Source of the DNA: a virus
Taxonomy: Duplodnaviria > Caudoviricetes
IMG/VR virus record: IMGVR_UViG_3300030207_003925
Span: 1-39,720 of that record
Direction: 5' to 3' (one strand)
Length of the DNA stretch: 39,720 nt
The translations under genes and the position numbers were made by a program. The notes beneath the pieces are model-generated. The model searched no databases. It was not told the origin of the DNA and saw only the letters and a program-made list of their open reading frames with translations. This document shows positions 9,275 to 19,300 of the stretch, in pieces (position 1 is the stretch's first letter; every line of letters begins with the position of its first letter).

Positions 9275-9422
9275 CCTGAGTACTTTTCCAGTCATTCTTT
9301 ACTTGTTGTTTCTCTTCTCTTTTTATTCTTTGTATTTTCTCCTCTTCCGTCAATGTTTTTTTATTTAAATAACTAAACAAGGACTTTAGGATTTCAAGAA
9401 TAGAAGAGATCCAACTCATCAC
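9210..9422 (-). CDS. Small amphipathic/coiled-coil protein, candidate i-spanin (Rz-like)
   Basis: N-terminal amphipathic helix followed by a charged coiled coil. It overlaps the holin stop and the lipoprotein start. Confidence 0.45.
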   Translation of the reverse strand: MMSWISSILEILKSLFSYLNKKTLTEEEKIQRIKREEKQQVKNDWKSTQDEIDRAFKFAKSRQRVQDDKN

Positions 9423-9613
9423 TCAGGGGACTTTTCGGCAGCTTTTGCGGCCTCGGAAGTAACTCCTTTCCTAAGAAAAACTACCATAAGGGCTGCAAAA
9501 CAGCTTTGAATGGTTACTGCAAGATCTACCTCTCCAGCGAAATAAGCGCCGAGAGCCGTCAGTACCGCTGCACCAGCGGTGAAGTAGGTTTTTTTACCTG
9601 AAAGTGCTTTCAT
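9419..9613 (-). CDS. Probable holin (two TM segments)
   Basis: 64 aa: GKKTY, two hydrophobic segments, FLRKGV and a charged tail. Confidence 0.6.
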   Translation of the reverse strand: MKALSGKKTYFTAGAAVLTALGAYFAGEVDLAVTIQSCFAALMVVFLRKGVTSEAAKAAEKSPE

Positions 9614-9623
9614 ATCATATCTT

Positions 9624-9631
9624 ATTACACT
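9624..9631 (-). promoter_or_regulatory. GTGTA motif (AGTGTAAT) heading the lysis cassette
   Basis: tacac at 9626-9630, 12 nt before ATG 9613. Confidence 0.7.
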
Positions 9632-9637
9632 AATAAA

Positions 9638-10144
9638 TCAATCCATCCACTTTTTTTTGATCTTATCGATATACTCATAACTGTCAGAAACTGCCTCAAC
9701 ATACTCCTTTCCTTTCGCTTCCATAAAGCTATCCATTGTATATTTTAAAACTTTATGAATTTGAGGGGTAGACATTTGAGCTGCCATATCTTCTGGAAAA
9801 AAAGAAGCTAAAGTAAAAAAATATTGAGCATTTTCTTCAGTTTTCTTTCTCGGAATTTTAGTTTTTATTCTATCCGCCATCATTATCCTAGGATAAAAAA
9901 CGCCTACAAAATCAGAAATATAATTTTTATGTTTTTGATCTAGGCTTTTAGCTTCTTTATTTATCAAGAGCTTTATAAAAATAGGGAAAGATAATTCGAG
10001 CAATTCTTTTCTTGTAAGTCTTTTGCTACCTATCTGTTCGAGAACCAAGTCCCCATCCCCTTTTTCCTCAAAAAGGAGATGGGTCTTTTCTTCTGTCAAC
10101 TTTGTTTTCCTACAAAGAAAACTTATGTCGCTGATTGTCAGCAT
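9638..10144 (-). CDS. Hypothetical alpha-helical protein (168 aa)
   Basis: ATG 10144 (MLTISDISFL) is preferred over the TTG at 10225, because the extension falls in a structured GC-rich segment. Confidence 0.65.
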   Translation of the reverse strand: MLTISDISFLCRKTKLTEEKTHLLFEEKGDGDLVLEQIGSKRLTRKELLELSFPIFIKLLINKEAKSLDQKHKNYISDFVGVFYPRIMMADRIKTKIPRKKTEENAQYFFTLASFFPEDMAAQMSTPQIHKVLKYTMDSFMEAKGKEYVEAVSDSYEYIDKIKKKWMD

Positions 10145-10146
10145 AA

Positions 10147-10286
10147 TAAAGTGGCTCACCCTTTTGTTTTTTTTGTTACCATCGCCGCCGACTGGGTGAG
10201 GCTCTACTCGCTCGCCATGAGCCAAGTAGTAAATATGTTGCGTCAGCTTTGATTAAAGGTAACTCAAGTTGCAACTACTTACTTTA
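10147..10286 (-). ncRNA. Candidate structured ncRNA or 5' leader with pseudoknot
   Basis: Non-coding 140 nt directly after a GTGTA motif. Complementary pairs 10155-10161/10194-10200, 10200-10204/10219-10223, 10237-10241/10271-10275, 10175-10180/10258-10263 and 10147-10152/10281-10286. Confidence 0.45.
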
Positions 10287-10287
10287 A

Positions 10288-10295
10288 ATTACACT
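10288..10295 (-). promoter_or_regulatory. GTGTA motif (AGTGTAAT)
   Basis: tacac at 10290-10294. The only copy not within about 27 nt of an ATG. Confidence 0.65.
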
Positions 10296-10300
10296 AATGT

Positions 10301-10329
10301 TTGACGAATTTCTAATTTACCATTAAAAT
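10301..10329 (+). promoter_or_regulatory. Sigma70-type promoter
   Basis: TTGACG (10301-10306), 17-nt spacer, TAAAAT (10324-10329), 11 nt before ATG 10341. Confidence 0.7.
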
Positions 10330-10340
10330 ATTTTGCGCAT

Positions 10341-10994
10341 ATGAAGAATATCATTTTTGCAATTCCCGGTAGAGAGTTCTCAGGAAACTTTTTAAATTGT
10401 TGGACCGACACTTTACTTAAGTGCATCAAAAACGGAATCAACCCACTGCTTTCCAACAAGTATTCTTCGATGGTAAGTTATGCAAGATGCCTATGTCTTG
10501 GTGCCGATGTGCGACGAGGTATCCACCAAGCTCCCTTTGATGGTAAAATCGATTACGAATATATAATGTGGATCGATTCAGATATTGTTTTTAGCTTTGA
10601 ACAAATACAAAGATTAATGTCTTACGATCAAGATATTGTTTCTGGAATTTACAAAACTGAGAACGGGCAAAACTTCGCCTGCGTTAAGGACTGGGATCAA
10701 GAGTATTATAAAAAGAACGGCTCATTTTATTTCTTACAACAACAAGACGTTGCTAACCATAAAGGTTTGATGGAAGTTGATTATAACGGCATGGGTTTCA
10801 TGCTAATTAAAAAGGGAGTGTTTGAAAAAGTTGAATACCCTTGGTTCTGTCAGCTTAAAAAACAGATCGGCGATTTAGAAGATTACTGTTCCGAAGATGT
10901 TGCATTCTGCCACCTTGCAAAAAAATCTGGATTTAAAATCTTTATTGACCCGCAGGTTGTTGTTGGTCATGAGAAAATGAGGATATTAACTTAG
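10341..10994 (+). CDS. GT-A fold (GT2-like) glycosyltransferase
   Basis: YIMWIDSDIVF (DxD), EVDYNGMGFMLIKKGVFE, SEDVAFC and VGHEK motifs. Confidence 0.85.
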   Translation: MKNIIFAIPGREFSGNFLNCWTDTLLKCIKNGINPLLSNKYSSMVSYARCLCLGADVRRGIHQAPFDGKIDYEYIMWIDSDIVFSFEQIQRLMSYDQDIVSGIYKTENGQNFACVKDWDQEYYKKNGSFYFLQQQDVANHKGLMEVDYNGMGFMLIKKGVFEKVEYPWFCQLKKQIGDLEDYCSEDVAFCHLAKKSGFKIFIDPQVVVGHEKMRILT

Positions 10995-12093
10995 TAATCT
11001 TTTCCTTAACCATTTCGAAAGTTATCTCGCGAGAACATTCGTGCTGCCTTGATGTACCGTAATGCTTAGGGCAGTAGAAGGGATCCTCTATACCGCTTTT
11101 AAATCTCCAAACAACTCCTTCTGAGTTTTTTATAAACCTATCTATCACTTCTTCATGTTCGTGCTTGCCCCAGCAACCATGACAAACATCTTTGTTTATA
11201 ACTCTATAAGGGTTTTCAAATTCACATTCTTCATCGGTGAACCCCGCTATCATAACAACAGGTTTACCAACAGCCCAAGCTAACCAAGACAAACCCGAGC
11301 TAAGACCTATAAAAAAATCACAGAAATGTAGGTCGTTGACTCTTTCAGAAAGCGGTCTGTACCCCGTCCTTTTTATACAGCCGTTAGGTACGTTCATTTT
11401 TACCAACCTATAGTCAACTACATCATCACCATCTATACAAAGAACTTCGTAACCCAGCTCTTTAAGGTATTTTATTATATCGTTCCATCCGTTCTTTCGC
11501 AGCCAGTATTTATGATATGAACTAGCGTGAGTAGCAATACAAACATATTTCTTTTCAATATTTCTTTTGAGTTTTGGTCTATCTATCTTTGGGCGTAGTT
11601 CTTCTTTTTCTAAATTAAGTATTGTAGCGGGCCATTGAAGCATAGGTACTCCCCCTAGTACAATATTTGCCTGCACCTGCACATCTACCTTCTCTAAGTT
11701 CTGACCCTTTTTAAGAAAAGTGATATTAGGATAACTTTTTTCAAATAACTCAGGGTATTTTACTTTTACATAAATTTTGCATTTATATTTCTTCCTGAAC
11801 TTCTCAATATATTCAGGCCATACAATAGCATCGCCTAGAGCGACATTAGCAAATCTAATGAATACTATTTGGCCTTCTAATTTATATTGGTAGTTGAAAA
11901 CTTTTTTATCACCGTTAAAAGCTTCGATGATCCATTCTCTGAGAACAGGTACCTTGAGGCTAACGGTTCCTTTTTTTATTTTTTGCTCTGTGTAATATTC
12001 GCCAGACTCTTCACGGATTTTTACAAGCAGCTCCTTTTCAGAATCAACTTTTACCTTCGGGTAATCTATTAAATTTAATTCAATGGATGCCAC
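10942..12093 (-). CDS. TibC/Aah-like autotransporter O-heptosyltransferase homologue (GT-B, GT9-related BAHT family)
   Basis: ALGDAIVW, KYVCIA...HKYW...GW..II.YL...GY.V.CID, FFIGLSSGLSWLAWAVGKPVVMIAGFT, and four Cys in VCHGCW...YCPKH.GT.RQHEC. The GTG start overlaps the TAG of the fibre gene. Confidence 0.85.
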   Translation of the reverse strand: MASIELNLIDYPKVKVDSEKELLVKIREESGEYYTEQKIKKGTVSLKVPVLREWIIEAFNGDKKVFNYQYKLEGQIVFIRFANVALGDAIVWPEYIEKFRKKYKCKIYVKVKYPELFEKSYPNITFLKKGQNLEKVDVQVQANIVLGGVPMLQWPATILNLEKEELRPKIDRPKLKRNIEKKYVCIATHASSYHKYWLRKNGWNDIIKYLKELGYEVLCIDGDDVVDYRLVKMNVPNGCIKRTGYRPLSERVNDLHFCDFFIGLSSGLSWLAWAVGKPVVMIAGFTDEECEFENPYRVINKDVCHGCWGKHEHEEVIDRFIKNSEGVVWRFKSGIEDPFYCPKHYGTSRQHECSREITFEMVKEKITKLISSFSHDQQQPAGQ

Positions 12094-15000
12094 TAACTAC
12101 TATCTTCGAGGGCTTGAACTTTACTTTCCAATATTTCTATTTTTCTTATCGCTTCATTTAAAGCGCCCCATAAAACAGGCACGAGAGTCGTATAATTTAC
12201 CTTTTGATATATAGGTACTCCGTTTTCATCTACGCCATCTTTTTTGCCTTCTACCGCTCCATCAATACCTAAAGCTTCAAGCTCATGAGCAATAAATCCT
12301 ACTCTTCCTCCGTAAGATGCAGGACGAGGAATAGTATAATCATCCTGCATAGCTTGAGCAAATTTTTCAGCATCGAAATCAAATTTACGACAGCTAACGC
12401 TTTTAACTTTTGTCCAAGACTCAGAGTTGAAGTCCTTTATGTTTTTCTTTAACCTATAATCGGAAGATGAAGACGAGCTGAAATTAACAGTACTTCCGCT
12501 TGCAGATATACTAATGCCGCTTTGAGTAAAGCTGATACCATTAGACGAAGTCTGTGCGGTGCCAGCGCCTACAGATATGTGATTCATCGCTGTCGAGCCG
12601 TTACCGCTTGCGTTGAGGCCGCTTATGTTTAAAGTCACATCTCCACTAGTTCCGCCGCCACTTAAACCAATACCGGCTCCTACGCCAGTTATGTCTCCGC
12701 TCCCGCCGCCGCCGCTAGAATTAATAGTAACATCATTTCCACTTCTGGTAACTGTTACATTTGTTCCCGCTATTATTCTAACTAACTCTCCATTGCCTAT
12801 GTTAGCTCCCGGGGATTCAGAGTCTATACCCCAATTCCAGCTAGACATAGTACCGTAGCCCGCACCATTAGTTAGCTGATTAGTATTTGTTGGTATGGTA
12901 GTACTATTAAAAGCGTTGGAACCAAAGATTTCTGAAGATAGTTTTCTCTTTTGAGTTCCATTATCTAAAACAATAAATTCATCAGCGCTATTATCCCAAC
13001 CTTGAGTCATGTCGTCCAACTCACTGAGGTCAAGATCAATATCAATAGTCCCAGAGCTAGTAATCGGAGAGCCTGACACGTCTAGACCCGTTCCTACCGT
13101 TACAGCTACAGAAGTAACACTTCCGCCGCCACTAGTAACAGTCTGCCAAGTATTATCTCCTCTTAGGAATTTAGTATTTGTTGCGCCGCTACCTAATCTA
13201 GCGACGTTAATTGTGCCTGAGCTAATGTTTGAAGCATTTAAAGCGGTCAAGCCTGATCCATTTCCGCTTATGTTGCCAGTAGTTGTAATTGAACCTGCGC
13301 TTCCGTCTAAAGTTATAGTTGTATTAGCGCCTTGATCTTTTAGTATTAAATCTCCACCGTTTGTAGTAGTCCCTGATAAAATCGCATAACTTGTAACCCC
13401 AAGTCCTAAGCTTATTGTTCCACCACTTATGATACCTGCATAATCAACAGAATTTAATTCAACTAATTTATTAGAACCTGAATTATCAAACATTCTAATG
13501 TAACCTTGAGAATTAGAAGAAGGAGTATTAGAAATAAAAACTTCACTATTTCCACTAGCTTTTATAGTTCCAACAACATGTAATTTTTTACTAGGATCTG
13601 TAGTTCCTATACCAATATTACCACCACTAAAAACATGATGCGCGCTACCTACAGTCTCATAATTGGTATAAGTAGAATAAGCGAGAATTGTAAACCTATT
13701 TGAAGTATTACCTAATGCTAAAACAGGGTAGACTCCATTAATGGTTAAAGAAACAATATTAGTTCCAGAATAAGCCGATCCCGCTGATCCAATTTTCAGA
13801 TTTCCCGTAGTTGTATCATCGGCATCACTCCGCAAAAATGAAGTAGCTTGTAAACCGTCTAGCAAATCAGCGTCAAGACCAGAACCTGCTCCGTCATTAA
13901 CATTATCCCAAACTGTCCTCCAACCTTGTGCGTTATTATTAGCAATTAGCTGTGTTCTAATCTGACCTGCCCCAGTACCAGTCATCTGCACCGCAATGGT
14001 GTTACTGTAATAACTATACGGATTTCCATGCCCCATTCTGATAGTATTATACCAGTCTGTAGTAGGAGCTAATTTTGTATCAGTTATGCTGGCGGCTTGT
14101 TGATATTCTAAAACGCTACCGGGTGATCCTGTTGTAGCAAATGCGCTACCAGTAACCATGTTAGATTTGTCAGCAGTACCAGAGAGAGTTCCGGAGAATG
14201 TAGCTGCTGTAACTGTCCCGCTAAAATTTCCAGCTTCAGAATAAACGTTATTCCAACGATTTCCAGAGAGGCCTAAATCTTTTGTCCCGTTGGAAGTTCC
14301 CGGATAGACTGCGCCTGAAGTTATTGTCAGCATGGATGTAGCGTTAGCTTTGAAATATATAATGCCAGCACCAAAATAAATTGATTCATCAGTCGCTAAA
14401 GCACTTCCGTTATATATTCCAGAGTAGGTTGAGTCGCTATATATTTTTAATTTAGTTGCGGCAGAACCAATTATCGCATCTCCAAGGACTTCTAATTTTG
14501 CACCCGGATCAGTGGTTCCTATACCAACACTACCAGTAGGAAAGGAAACTCTATTGTTAGCTCCCCCGCCATCAGCATAAACACCCATATACTCCGCTGA
14601 AGTGGAATTATTATTAGCAACATATAAACCAAATGGGTGACCTGAATCATACCTACTACTTAAAACAGTGTAAAAAGTGCTAGGAGAAGAGCTTGTTTGT
14701 AATAACAATTGATCACTGTTATTCTGAACCGTTAAAGGTTTTGACGGACTTGCAGTACCTATACCCAAACGACCTAACTTAGAAAACGTAAATTTATTTG
14801 TCCCAGTCGCAGCGGGAGTAGTGCTTGTGGCAAAATCAATTTGTAGGTTTCTGTTACCCCCTATAGTGAGGTATGTATCTTTGCCCGAACCCTCTGCAGC
14901 TAAAAACAACGTACTATTGTAACCATCTTGCCCAACAACAGCCAACACATTGTTTTCACTGGCTCTCTCCAAGTGCAAACCAACAGACGGAGTTGCGATA

Positions 15001-16373
15001 CCTATACCAACACTACCAGTGTCAAAAAAGAAATCGCCGCTACTATAAAAGGACATGTAATCAGAATTATGGTTATAGCGTATGAGTCCTTGCGCATTAG
15101 CCGCGACATCAGCAAAAAATATTGAACCAGTTCCAGAATTTGAGTTGCAACGAATGGTCATACCAACATCCGTAGCAGCAGAAGCAATTACAAAATCATC
15201 GGCAGCAGCATGAGGTGATGCGCCAGCACTTCCTACGTGAAGGAGAGCGTCTGGAGCAACTGTTGCTATGCCGACATTGCCATCCTTAAGCACTATGTAG
15301 CGGTTGGTGTTACTGGAATCACCTATTGCTCCATAGTTTTCGTTAGCTGACAGGCGAAGTTTTTCTGCTGTTCCACACTCGAACCGTAAATGCGGTCTGT
15401 CACTTGCGCCAGAACTAATTTTAATTCCACTATCAGCACCAAATACCTCAAGCGGATTATCGGGACTAGTTGTTCCTATACCAACATTACCTTCCATACT
15501 GATCCGCATCCTCTCCGACCAATCTGTTGTATGGTCCGCCGTGCTGTTTGTATAAAAAGCTAACGCACTCCTAAAATAATTGCCTTCACCAATTTGCACT
15601 ATCCCAGCAGAGCGTTTTGAATAACCTCCATAATTTGGCTTCCAAGTAATACCGCTACCTAAAGTGTTTGAAGTAGCTGCGCTGTTACCATTAGTAGGGT
15701 CAAAATAAAGCTGAACAGTTGAACTCGTTATGTTAGAACCTCTTGTATCTACATTGCCGTTGAATACGTGAAGATTATTAATCGGATTATTTGTTCCTAT
15801 ACCAAGTCTCCCACCGGAATTTGAGCCATCCATTACGAATGTAGATGCAACGGTATTGTTAATCGTACTGAAAGCGAAACCAAAATTACATTTATGCTCT
15901 AGGGAAGTTCCTGTATAGCTTCCGAAGCTGCTAAAGCTAACAGACCCATCGCCAAAAGCTATAACGTCAATGTATACAGTAACGTTTGCATTACCAGAAG
16001 TATCAGCTTTTATTTGAACTAAGCAGTCCTCATTGTCATTTGTAATTACTTTAACATGAAGCGGAGTATAGTTTCCAGTCTGAGACTTTATAGTGATATC
16101 CTTAGAATGGTTTAATAAAACATCTACTTGGGTAGGGATAACAACGTTACCAGTTGTTCCTTTAACAAAAAATCTGAAATTTCCAGCTAGTCCGCCGGGA
16201 ACGGTATACTCAAAAATAGAAGTATAAGCGCCGCCAGTAAGAGTTATCCCCGCGCCATAGATTCTAGTCCCCGGCTCAAAAGTGTTTGAACTAGGAGAAC
16301 CCTCAAAGAAAAGGCTGCTGCTTCCTGTTACTTTTAAATCTCCATTTACAGTTGTGCTTACTAGTGATGCCAT
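12093..16373 (-). CDS. Tail fibre with C-terminal intramolecular chaperone (peptidase S74)
   Basis: About 7 G.vGIGT..P repeats, GAGSGLDADLLDG motif, Gly/Ser/Thr-rich. Ends SSDYRLKKNI...GFIAHE...VNY..LVPVL..A..E plus a coiled coil. Confidence 0.9.
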   Translation of the reverse strand: MASLVSTTVNGDLKVTGSSSLFFEGSPSSNTFEPGTRIYGAGITLTGGAYTSIFEYTVPGGLAGNFRFFVKGTTGNVVIPTQVDVLLNHSKDITIKSQTGNYTPLHVKVITNDNEDCLVQIKADTSGNANVTVYIDVIAFGDGSVSFSSFGSYTGTSLEHKCNFGFAFSTINNTVASTFVMDGSNSGGRLGIGTNNPINNLHVFNGNVDTRGSNITSSTVQLYFDPTNGNSAATSNTLGSGITWKPNYGGYSKRSAGIVQIGEGNYFRSALAFYTNSTADHTTDWSERMRISMEGNVGIGTTSPDNPLEVFGADSGIKISSGASDRPHLRFECGTAEKLRLSANENYGAIGDSSNTNRYIVLKDGNVGIATVAPDALLHVGSAGASPHAAADDFVIASAATDVGMTIRCNSNSGTGSIFFADVAANAQGLIRYNHNSDYMSFYSSGDFFFDTGSVGIGIATPSVGLHLERASENNVLAVVGQDGYNSTLFLAAEGSGKDTYLTIGGNRNLQIDFATSTTPAATGTNKFTFSKLGRLGIGTASPSKPLTVQNNSDQLLLQTSSSPSTFYTVLSSRYDSGHPFGLYVANNNSTSAEYMGVYADGGGANNRVSFPTGSVGIGTTDPGAKLEVLGDAIIGSAATKLKIYSDSTYSGIYNGSALATDESIYFGAGIIYFKANATSMLTITSGAVYPGTSNGTKDLGLSGNRWNNVYSEAGNFSGTVTAATFSGTLSGTADKSNMVTGSAFATTGSPGSVLEYQQAASITDTKLAPTTDWYNTIRMGHGNPYSYYSNTIAVQMTGTGAGQIRTQLIANNNAQGWRTVWDNVNDGAGSGLDADLLDGLQATSFLRSDADDTTTGNLKIGSAGSAYSGTNIVSLTINGVYPVLALGNTSNRFTILAYSTYTNYETVGSAHHVFSGGNIGIGTTDPSKKLHVVGTIKASGNSEVFISNTPSSNSQGYIRMFDNSGSNKLVELNSVDYAGIISGGTISLGLGVTSYAILSGTTTNGGDLILKDQGANTTITLDGSAGSITTTGNISGNGSGLTALNASNISSGTINVARLGSGATNTKFLRGDNTWQTVTSGGGSVTSVAVTVGTGLDVSGSPITSSGTIDIDLDLSELDDMTQGWDNSADEFIVLDNGTQKRKLSSEIFGSNAFNSTTIPTNTNQLTNGAGYGTMSSWNWGIDSESPGANIGNGELVRIIAGTNVTVTRSGNDVTINSSGGGGSGDITGVGAGIGLSGGGTSGDVTLNISGLNASGNGSTAMNHISVGAGTAQTSSNGISFTQSGISISASGSTVNFSSSSSSDYRLKKNIKDFNSESWTKVKSVSCRKFDFDAEKFAQAMQDDYTIPRPASYGGRVGFIAHELEALGIDGAVEGKKDGVDENGVPIYQKVNYTTLVPVLWGALNEAIRKIEILESKVQALEDSS

Positions 16374-19300
16374 TTAAATCCTTTTTTTCAATTCCTGAAC
16401 TTCTTTATATAGTTCTTTAAATCCTCCCAACAGTACAGTCACTGCTCGACTGTAATTTACACTAGAAGGATTACCTTTTTCGTCCTTCTCAACTAGTTCT
16501 GGAAAGAGTTCTGCAAGTTCTTCCGCGATTAAACCGATTTCTTTTTTCTTCTTATTTTCTTTTCTATTGTATTTTACTGGGCGGATTTTATTTATTATAT
16601 CTAAGCTTGGAGTATAGGTTTCAACATTTTCTTTTATAGCGATACTTGAAGTTTCAGTTAAGGTTCCTGTTACTGTAACTCCGTTAGTAGTAGTTTCTAG
16701 TTTTTTACTATTATCGTAATATAGGCTAACTGCTCCATTCTGGTCGCCGTCCATCATGGACTCGGTGTCACCTGCGTTTCTGATGACAAAATTAGAGGCT
16801 AATATTTTCAGAAAACCAGTACCATTATCGCTTATGTAACTGTTGCTCCCATCGTGGTAAATCTCCAGATCGTCGCTACTACCTATCTTGATTTTTGAAT
16901 TGTCGTTTAGCTTTAAAGTATTGTTGACTTGGAATCTGTCGCTCTCTACTTGGGCGGTGTAGTTAGCATTATTAACGCCCATATAAATACGGACATTGGA
17001 ATTTAGGTATGTTGTGCCAGCAGTATGTTGCAGTAGTGCATAGCTTGTAGTGGTGCTTCTGTCTCTGTGAGAAAAGCCAGCGTAATCACCATGACCAAAT
17101 CCTCCCCCAATTTTAGTCGGGCCAATTAGTGCGTAGTCTGTGTTGCCATCGTTTCCGACTTCAAGTAACTCACCCGGACTAGTTGTTCCTATTCCAACAC
17201 TACCATCTTTATTGACAATCATCGCGCAGGCATCACTGAAGTCCAACTTCAACAAATTACTACCATCACCATGTCCTTTTGCCCCGCGGTTGCCACCGTT
17301 ATATGCCCTTATCAGAGCGTGATCTCCATTCCAAGTTGAGTTATCTGCTAGATAAGATATAAAAGGAGAAGTCGCGCTATTAGTACCAACACCTAACCTT
17401 CCATAAGCTGAAAGCGTTACTGTAGCATTATTAGTACTAAAGTTGGTAAGTGTGGCGGTATTAGTTAAAGTAGTTCCCGACTCACTTAAAAAGGAAGAGT
17501 CTGTTAGGCCGTTTGCTCCCGACCATTTAGCAATTTTCCCACCAGTACCACTACCACTTACATTTCCGCCGCCGTCAGTCGTTTCTATAATGTTGCCGCT
17601 TGAGTCAACTGAAAGTTGATAGGCAGCAGTCCCTGTATGAGTTCCCGATCCGTATTTGTTTAATTTTAGTTGTCCTGTTTCGCCTGATAAATCTAACAAC
17701 CAATCGCTGGCTGAGAATGCCCCTGTACCTGCGTGCCTACCTATACTAAAGTCTGCGCCAGAAGTATTGTTACCGTTGGAATCAAGGTTGATAAAAAGCG
17801 CACCATATGTGTTAATCCTTAGATCATCAGCCGCAGCACCCGCAGAATTACGAGATGAAATAGAATGATCCGCACTACTGTTACCATAGAAAGTGATATA
17901 TTGACCGGCTGATTCAAAGTCAATATCGCCATCTACCGTGAGTAGTCCGTCAACGTAAGCAGTGCCGTCAAGCATAGTATTCCCGTTTACGTATAGCTTG
18001 TACGACCCCGGATTTGTTGTGCCTATACCAACATTACCACTACCATCTATTCTTACTTGCTCCGCATCTGAAGTCTTGAATTGTATATAAGAAGCATTAT
18101 CCCCAATGAAAATTGGCTTGTTTACATTTTGACTATTTCCAGTTGCAAAATAATAACCACTAGAATCTTGCCCTGCTAATATTTCATCATCCCCACCGAA
18201 TAGATAACTAGCAGCAGACTGTGATAATTTTACCCCGTTAGCTGTAGTCTGAAACGTCTTGGTGTCGTTATAGTAAAGTTCTACTGCGCCATTATTAGTA
18301 GCTTTAAGAGCAGTTTCTCCAGAATGAACTTTAATATATACATCACCACTTGCGCCTGCTTGTACAATAACATCACCACTTGAATTTAAATTTCTTAGAT
18401 ATAGATCCCCTGCACCATTCGCATCAATCCAATTATTACCATCGTGGTAAATTTGCAGATCGTTACTAGCTCCCATTATAATTTTTTTGTTGTCTGGGAA
18501 CTTTAATTGACCTGAGCTTAATGCCATTTGTTCATTGTCTTCAATCTGAAAGACCATCGAGCTTGAACTCTGTCGCGAGTTTATATAAATGTTTGCGTTG
18601 TTTCTTATTCGTGAAACTTGAAAACAATTAGCAGCGTCATAACCAACCCTTAAAGTTGCTCTTGATCCCCCACCGGAACCAGCGGTTTTAAAAATATTTA
18701 AATAAGAGTCGGCGGCAGCAGAATCAGTAGTACTAGAATTAATAATACTCTGTGAAGCCGCTGTTCCTGTTATGCTTAAAAGAGCATCTATTGTTACGTT
18801 CCCATTTAAATATGTAGTTCCGTTATTATATAAATCATAGCTGTTATTTGGAGATCCAATAGATAATTTACCAGCTATATCTAATCCTGACACTCCGGGT
18901 TGAGTTGATCCTATGCCAACGTTACCATTAGTATCTATAGTTAATCTTGTATTAGTACTGGAGCCAGTTCCCTTATCAATAATTTGAAAACCTACCCCTT
19001 GATCCACCAAGAAATCAAAAACTTGATTGCTGCTATCTAAATCTTCAATTCTTAAAACGGCGTCAGTTCCGCTAGATTTAATATGTAGGGCTTTTGCGGG
19101 AGTATTAGAAGCCGCGCAGTTACCCACTATTAGACTATTAATTCTGCCAGTGCCGTTAACGTGTAGTAGGTTGTAAGGACTATTTGTTCCTATACCAACA
19201 CTACCCGTTGAAAATTCATGCCGAACATCGGATTTATATGTAACGCCTGTGCTCGCGCTAACTACCACTTCGTTAGTTGAATTATTGCCCCCAGCACGTA

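Noticed and set aside
10147-10286. Assignment of the structured segment to tRNA, hammerhead, HDV/theta, twister, SAM-II/V or preQ1
   Set aside because: The conserved core nucleotides or topology of these families could not be matched by eye, so it is left unassigned.
16374-16660. S74 chaperone starting SSIAIK rather than SDxRLK, as a possibly dead domain
   Set aside because: The Ser and Lys of the dyad keep their normal spacing, so this is an ordinary variant.
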